Shown one piece after another: positions 45,437 to 50,112 of a stretch of 50,112 bases of DNA (position 1 is the stretch's first letter; each line of letters opens with the position of its first letter). Under the pieces are notes generated by a model. That model ran no database searches. It saw nothing but the letters and a program-made list of their open reading frames with translations, and had not been told where the DNA came from. The DNA lies in the NCBI GenBank assembly GCA_036985995.1, contig BTQS01000001.1, positions 1-50,112 on the forward strand, read 5' to 3'. The translations under genes were made by a program, and so were the position numbers. The stretch is from Acidimicrobiia bacterium. GTDB taxonomy: Bacteria; Actinomycetota; Acidimicrobiia; Spongiisociales; UBA5794.

Positions 45437-47950
45437 ATGCGTGACCCCGTATGCGGCATGGCGGTGGGTACGGACGCGCTCACCGTGGAGGGCTATCCTG
45501 AGTACGGATTCTGCTCGAACCACTGTCTCGAGGCGTTCACGTCAAGCCCAGACCGGTACCTCGAGCAAGCTGGGACCGACGAGACGGAGGACGAAGACGA
45601 CCCGGTTGGTTCAGGGGTCCTGGTCGGCGTTCCCGCAGGACCCGGAGGGTCAGAGACCCTGCATGTGGCTCTCGAGGGCATGACGTGCTCATCGTGCGTC
45701 TCCACCATCGAGGGTGCCCTGAACGCCTTGCCTGGAGTTGTAGATGCACGGGTCAATTTCGCTTCTGAGGAAGCCACCGTCGAGGTGACTTCGGGTGCCG
45801 TGGACGTCGATCAACTGATCGCGGCCGTCTCGGACGCCGGCTACGGGGCGAGAGAAGTCACCGACGACGTGGATGACGATGCCGATCAGAAGGCCCACAA
45901 GCGGCTGTATCGGACCTTGCTCCGCAAGTTCTGGTTCGCTGCGATCGTGTCGTTGCCTGTGATCTATTTCTCGTATCCAGAGATCTTCCCCGGAATACCT
46001 GAAAAAGGCTCAACCCAGTTGAACCTCATCTGGGGTGGCATGGCGGTATTGACACTCGCAGTCATGGCGTGGTCCGGATCGCAGTTCTTCACAGGTGCAT
46101 GGGCAGCGTTCAAGCACCGATCTGCGAACATGAACACACTGATCTCGGTCGGGATCTCAGCCGCATGGCTCTACTCGACCGTGGCCCTGTTGTTCCCTGA
46201 GGTCTTCCCTGAGGAACGTCTTCGCGACGTGTTCTACGACGTTGTCGCGGTCGTCACAGCCCTGGTCGTACTTGGAGCCGCCATGGAGATCCGGGCACGG
46301 GCACGCACATCTGAGGCCCTGAAGAAGCTGATCGGGCTACAAGCCAAGACGGCGAGAGTCGTGCGCGACGGCGTCGAGGTTGAGATTCCAACCGGAGACG
46401 TGGTGAAGGACGACATCGTCGTCGTGCGTCCGGGAGAGAAGATCCCTGTTGACGGGATCGTCGTGTCTGGAGCATCGACTGTGGACGAATCCATGGTCAC
46501 AGGAGAACCGATCCCGAGCGAGAAGACCGAAGGCTCGACCGTCATCGGAGCGACCATCAACAAGACCGGAGCATTCCGGTTCCGCGCAACCCGGGTGGGT
46601 CGAGACACCATGCTGGCCCAGATCATCCAGATGGTGCGCGACGCACAAGGTTCGAAAGCGCCGATCCAGCGCACCGTGGACATGGTGTCGGGCTACTTCG
46701 CTCCAGCTGTAATGATCATCGCGATTTTGACCTTTATGACATGGTTCACATTCGGCCCCGCTCCAGCCCTCATCTACGCAGTGATCACTGCTGTGACTGT
46801 GCTCGTGATTGCCTGCCCCTGCGCCCTTGGATTGGCGACTCCGACCTCACTGATGGTCGGAATCGGCAAGGGAGCAGAGCACGGCATCCTGATCAAATCG
46901 GGCGACGCCCTCGAGACTGCTCACAAGATCGACGCCGTGGTGCTCGACAAGACAGGTACGGTCACCCGTGGCGAACCCGTTCTCACAGACGTGGTCATCA
47001 CCGGCGACCTCACAGAGGACGATGTTCTCTTCCTTGCCGCCGCTGCCGAGATCGGATCCGAGCACCCTCTCGGAGAAGCGATCGTCAACGGTGCCCGCAA
47101 TCGCGGCATTGAAACCAATGAAGCGGACAACTTCGAGGCGGTACCCGGTCACGGGATCATCGCCGTTGTCGGCCAACAACGCGTTGTCCTCGGCAACCTC
47201 AAGTTCATGGCAGATGAAGGCATCCCGGCCGGTGCAGCTGAGGAGATTCTCGAAAGGCTTTCCGACGAAGGCAAGACCGCAATGGTGGTAGGAGTCGACG
47301 GCGAGCTTGCCGGCGTAGTAGCTGTCGCCGATACGGTCAAGGAAGACTCCGTCGCAGCGATCAGGCGTATGCACGAACTGGGATTGGAAGTCGTGATGCT
47401 GACCGGTGACAACTACCGCACGGCAACCGCGATCGGAAGGCAAGTCGGTATCGACAGGGTACTTGCCGAGGTCCTCCCACAGGACAAAGCCAACCAGATC
47501 AAGCTCCTCCAGGCAGAGGGCAAGATCGTGGCGATGGTCGGCGATGGGATCAACGACGCTCCTGCACTCGCTCAGGCGGATGTCGGGATGGCAATGGGCA
47601 CGGGCACCGACGTTGCCATGGAGTCGGGAGACATCACGCTCGTGAAGGGCAGCCTCACCGGCATCGTCACGGCGATCGAACTATCCAAGGCGACCATCCG
47701 AAACGTCCGTCAGAACCTCGTCGGCGCCTTCGCGTACAACACACTGGGTATCCCCATCGCGGCCGGTGTCCTGTTCCCGTTCATCGGACTGTTGCTGAGC
47801 CCTCTCCTGGCCGGCGCGGCCATGGCGTCCTCCTCGGTGACCGTCGTGTCGAACGCGAACCGTCTCCGTGGTTGGAAGGCATCTTCAGCCCCAAGTGGCA
47901 GCGACCAGGCTCTGGTCGGTCAAACAGAAATGGAAGGAGCACGATCATGA
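45437..47950 (+). CDS. copA: Copper-translocating P1B-type ATPase with N-terminal TRASH/YHS-like and HMA domains
   Basis: ORF track 45392..47950, with ATG 45437 and GGAG 7 nt upstream. Motifs: DPVCGM...[25 protein letters not shown] and GDGINDAP. Confidence 0.93.
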   Translation: MRDPVCGMAVGTDALTVEGYPEYGFCSNHCLEAFTSSPDRYLEQAGTDETEDEDDPVGSGVLVGVPAGPGGSETLHVALEGMTCSSCVSTIEGALNALPGVVDARVNFASEEATVEVTSGAVDVDQLIAAVSDAGYGAREVTDDVDDDADQKAHKRLYRTLLRKFWFAAIVSLPVIYFSYPEIFPGIPEKGSTQLNLIWGGMAVLTLAVMAWSGSQFFTGAWAAFKHRSANMNTLISVGISAAWLYSTVALLFPEVFPEERLRDVFYDVVAVVTALVVLGAAMEIRARARTSEALKKLIGLQAKTARVVRDGVEVEIPTGDVVKDDIVVVRPGEKIPVDGIVVSGASTVDESMVTGEPIPSEKTEGSTVIGATINKTGAFRFRATRVGRDTMLAQIIQMVRDAQGSKAPIQRTVDMVSGYFAPAVMIIAILTFMTWFTFGPAPALIYAVITAVTVLVIACPCALGLATPTSLMVGIGKGAEHGILIKSGDALETAHKIDAVVLDKTGTVTRGEPVLTDVVITGDLTEDDVLFLAAAAEIGSEHPLGEAIVNGARNRGIETNEADNFEAVPGHGIIAVVGQQRVVLGNLKFMADEGIPAGAAEEILERLSDEGKTAMVVGVDGELAGVVAVADTVKEDSVAAIRRMHELGLEVVMLTGDNYRTATAIGRQVGIDRVLAEVLPQDKANQIKLLQAEGKIVAMVGDGINDAPALAQADVGMAMGTGTDVAMESGDITLVKGSLTGIVTAIELSKATIRNVRQNLVGAFAYNTLGIPIAAGVLFPFIGLLLSPLLAGAAMASSSVTVVSNANRLRGWKASSAPSGSDQALVGQTEMEGARS

Positions 47951-48318
47951 GCGTGATCATTGTCAACTTGATAGGTGCAAGCTTGATCGCACTGATTGTA
48001 TGGTACTTCTGGCTTTCGACGACTCAGACGGCAACCGCTGCAACCGAAGCGGGCGGCGTGCAGGAGGCTTTCATCGTGGTCAAAGGCGGCTACTCGCCCG
48101 ACAGGATCCAGGTCGAGGCCGGGCGGCCCGTACGGTTGATGTTCAACCGCCAGGAAGCCGGCCCCTGCTCGGAAAAGGTCATCCTCGACGCCTTTGGTGT
48201 GTCCGCCGACCTACCGGAAGGCGACACCGTAGCTGTCGAGTTCACGCCAACAGCGCCCGGTGACTATGAGTTTGCATGCCAGATGGGGATGTTACGCGGA
48301 AAGGTGATCGTGACATGA
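47947..48318 (+). CDS. Membrane-anchored cupredoxin-like domain protein coupled to copA
   Basis: ORF track 47872..48318. ATG 47947 overlaps the copA stop (ATGA). A TM anchor ([23 protein letters not shown]) is followed by [23 protein letters not shown]...[16 protein letters not shown]. Confidence 0.75.
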   Translation: MSVIIVNLIGASLIALIVWYFWLSTTQTATAATEAGGVQEAFIVVKGGYSPDRIQVEAGRPVRLMFNRQEAGPCSEKVILDAFGVSADLPEGDTVAVEFTPTAPGDYEFACQMGMLRGKVIVT

Positions 48319-48530
48319 GATCCGGCGAGCCCAAGCGACACGAGCCTCCCATATGGGAAATGGCGTTCGCCTGGTGCCCGCCCGAGGGTTCCCCTCTGCT
48401 CTGCACCCCCGGGTAACGAGAGGGACCCGTACGCAGCATCCGAGGACCACAACAGAAAGGGACGACGAAGGCACCTCAGATTCCACGCCACCGAGCAAGG
48501 CAATACATCAGACCGGCAAGGGAGCGAACC

Positions 48531-49229
48531 ATGGACCACACGACTCACGAACCAACCGACTTCAGTTCGAGCGCCGTCACCGCCCCGGGTGTCGCAACAC
48601 AGCCGAAGATAGTGTTGGAAGCCGAGCACATCTCCAAGGCCTATCGGCGCCGCTGGCGCGGGACCGAGAACCAGGTCCTCACCGATGCGAACCTCGCCAT
48701 CACAGCCGGTGAGGTCGTCGGGCTGGTCGGTGAGAACGGATCCGGCAAGTCGACCCTGATGAAGATCATCGTCGGTTCGCTGGACGGCGACGGTGGGCGT
48801 TCGGAAATCCGCGGCAGTTTCGGGTACTGCCCCCAGGAGCCGATTCTGTATGAGCGTCTCAACTGTGACGAGCATTTCGAGCTCTTCGGCGAGGCGTACG
48901 GCCTCGATAGCGGCGCGATCAAGCGAAATCGTGAAGAGATTTACGACATCTTCGGATTTGCCGAGTACCACGACATGCGGGTCGAGGAGCTCTCCGGAGG
49001 GACGAAGGCCAAGCTCAATCTCGGTTTGGCACTCTTGCACGATCCCGACGTCCTGCTGCTCGACGAGCCGTACTCCGGCTTCGACTGGGACACCTACGTG
49101 CGGTTCTGGCAGCTGACGGGAGAACGACGCGACGCAGGTCGGGCGGTACTCATCATCAGCCATTTCGTTGCAGACGAGGAGCGGTTCGACCGCATCGTGC
49201 ATCTGAGAGACGGGAAGACGGTCCGATGA
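48531..49229 (+). CDS. ABC transporter ATP-binding protein (ABC-2 exporter type)
   Basis: 232 aa with Walker A GENGSGKST, signature LSGGTKAKL and Walker B LLLDEP. Confidence 0.9.
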   Translation: MDHTTHEPTDFSSSAVTAPGVATQPKIVLEAEHISKAYRRRWRGTENQVLTDANLAITAGEVVGLVGENGSGKSTLMKIIVGSLDGDGGRSEIRGSFGYCPQEPILYERLNCDEHFELFGEAYGLDSGAIKRNREEIYDIFGFAEYHDMRVEELSGGTKAKLNLGLALLHDPDVLLLDEPYSGFDWDTYVRFWQLTGERRDAGRAVLIISHFVADEERFDRIVHLRDGKTVR

Positions 49230-50112
49230 CGGTCACAACACGACTCACAGGGCGATACCTCGCTGAATACGCCCGCCGCCCGATCAACCTGGTCCTGCTC
49301 GTGCTGGTGCCCCTCATCTTCGTCTTTCTCACCGCGGGAGCGATTGCCGATTTCTCCGAGGCTCTGGGTTTCACCGGAGACCCCGCCAAACTCGTCGGAC
49401 CTACCGCAGGATGGGCCGCGGCATTCATTGCCGGGGTGGCCGGGTTCTTCCATGTGCTCGGATCCCGCGAAGCGGACCGTCGCCTCGCCGCCGCCGGGAT
49501 AGGAGCCCGCCGCATCGTGGCGGGCCGGCTCGCCTCAGGGCTCGCCCTCGCTCTGCTCGCCGCAGCAGCGTCGATAGCCGCACTCGCGTTGAGGACGGGT
49601 CTCACCGACCCGGTTCGAACCATCGCCGGAGTGGTCATGTTCTCCGTCCTCTATCTCGGAATCGGCGTCGTCGTCGGTTCCCTGGTTCGCAGCGATATCA
49701 ACGGATCGCTGGTCGTGATCTTCATCTGGATGTTCGACGTGTTCCTCGGCCCCGCAATGGCCACCAGCGACATCTGGATCACCTGGCTGTTCCCTTCGCA
49801 CTTCGTCACACTCGTGATGCTCAACACCCCCTCGGGACATTCGGGCCCCATCGGTGACCTCGGCTGGGCACTGCTGTGGACCTTCGGCGCTCTCGGTCTC
49901 GCCGCTGCGGTGTTCGGCGTCGCTACTTCCGAGCGAAAGATCCGGCCCGCGGTGAGTCCCGCACGGGCGAGTTGGAATCGTCTCCGAGCGGGGTTTCGCT
50001 TCGGTCTTCGCGACTATCGCCGCAACATCGCCTTGTGGGTGCTGCTGGTCGCACTTCCAGTCCTCTTCATCTCACTCAGCTTCTACGTCACGCCGGGCGA
50101 CCCGACACCGGT
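49226..50112 (+). CDS. ABC-2-type membrane permease, 5' part (open to the window end)
   Basis: Absent from the ORF track because no stop occurs in the window. ATG 49226 overlaps the ATPase stop (ATGA). My translation MTVTTRLTGRYLAEYARRPINLVLLVLVPLIFVFLTAG... stays open for 295 codons and is multi-TM. Confidence 0.7.
   Translation, partial: MTVTTRLTGRYLAEYARRPINLVLLVLVPLIFVFLTAGAIADFSEALGFTGDPAKLVGPTAGWAAAFIAGVAGFFHVLGSREADRRLAAAGIGARRIVAGRLASGLALALLAAAASIAALALRTGLTDPVRTIAGVVMFSVLYLGIGVVVGSLVRSDINGSLVVIFIWMFDVFLGPAMATSDIWITWLFPSHFVTLVMLNTPSGHSGPIGDLGWALLWTFGALGLAAAVFGVATSERKIRPAVSPARASWNRLRAGFRFGLRDYRRNIALWVLLVALPVLFISLSFYVTPGDPTP

Overview
GC-rich, gene-dense chromosomal segment with about 45 CDS, short gaps and many 1-4 nt start/stop overlaps. 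It looks like core genome of a high-GC Gram-positive of Actinomycetota type, judged only from gene content: LCP proteins, homodimeric AceE, Thr-rich lipoprotein linkers and a GlnA-like gamma-glutamylating enzyme. Gene order runs as follows. Two tandem LCP genes are followed by typA and an M23 peptidase plus parvulin PPIase. Next come an AceE-like ThDP enzyme, a PG-binding lipoprotein, a flavin reductase, DUF971, a USP/CBS protein, aceE and mgtC. A 13-gene co-directional minus-strand run follows: a two-component system, cupredoxin, SHOCT and DUF3105; then mobB; then GS-like, SDR, ALDH and GATase1 genes; then an ABC solute-binding protein and two permeases. After that come a 7-TM protein with hmuTUV-like genes, a metallophosphoesterase fusion with a class-II amidotransferase, metX and a BCCP-carboxyltransferase fusion. 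The window ends with psuK-psuG, a GDPD lipoprotein, an acyl-CoA oxidase-like protein, cfa, merR-copA-cupredoxin and an ABC-2 exporter that is truncated at the window edge. I saw no rRNA, tRNA, CRISPR array, transposase, integrase or phage gene. I also see no convincing new multi-gene system such as a defence island. The least explained signal is a family of ~130-nt composite double-hairpin repeats that fill three intergenic gaps (about 8.55-8.86 kb, 15.13-15.32 kb and 24.35-24.48 kb). Other second-look items are a perfect 22-bp hairpin in the LCP/typA divergent region and a predicted gamma-glutamylation catabolic operon fused to an ATPase-less ABC importer. Two further items are a BCCP-CT fusion with no biotin carboxylase nearby and a metallophosphoesterase with an unassigned ~300-aa C-terminal domain. 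Structured or uORF-bearing leaders lie upstream of metX, copA, merR and the PG-binding lipoprotein. All functional calls come from motif recognition by eye; no searches were run.
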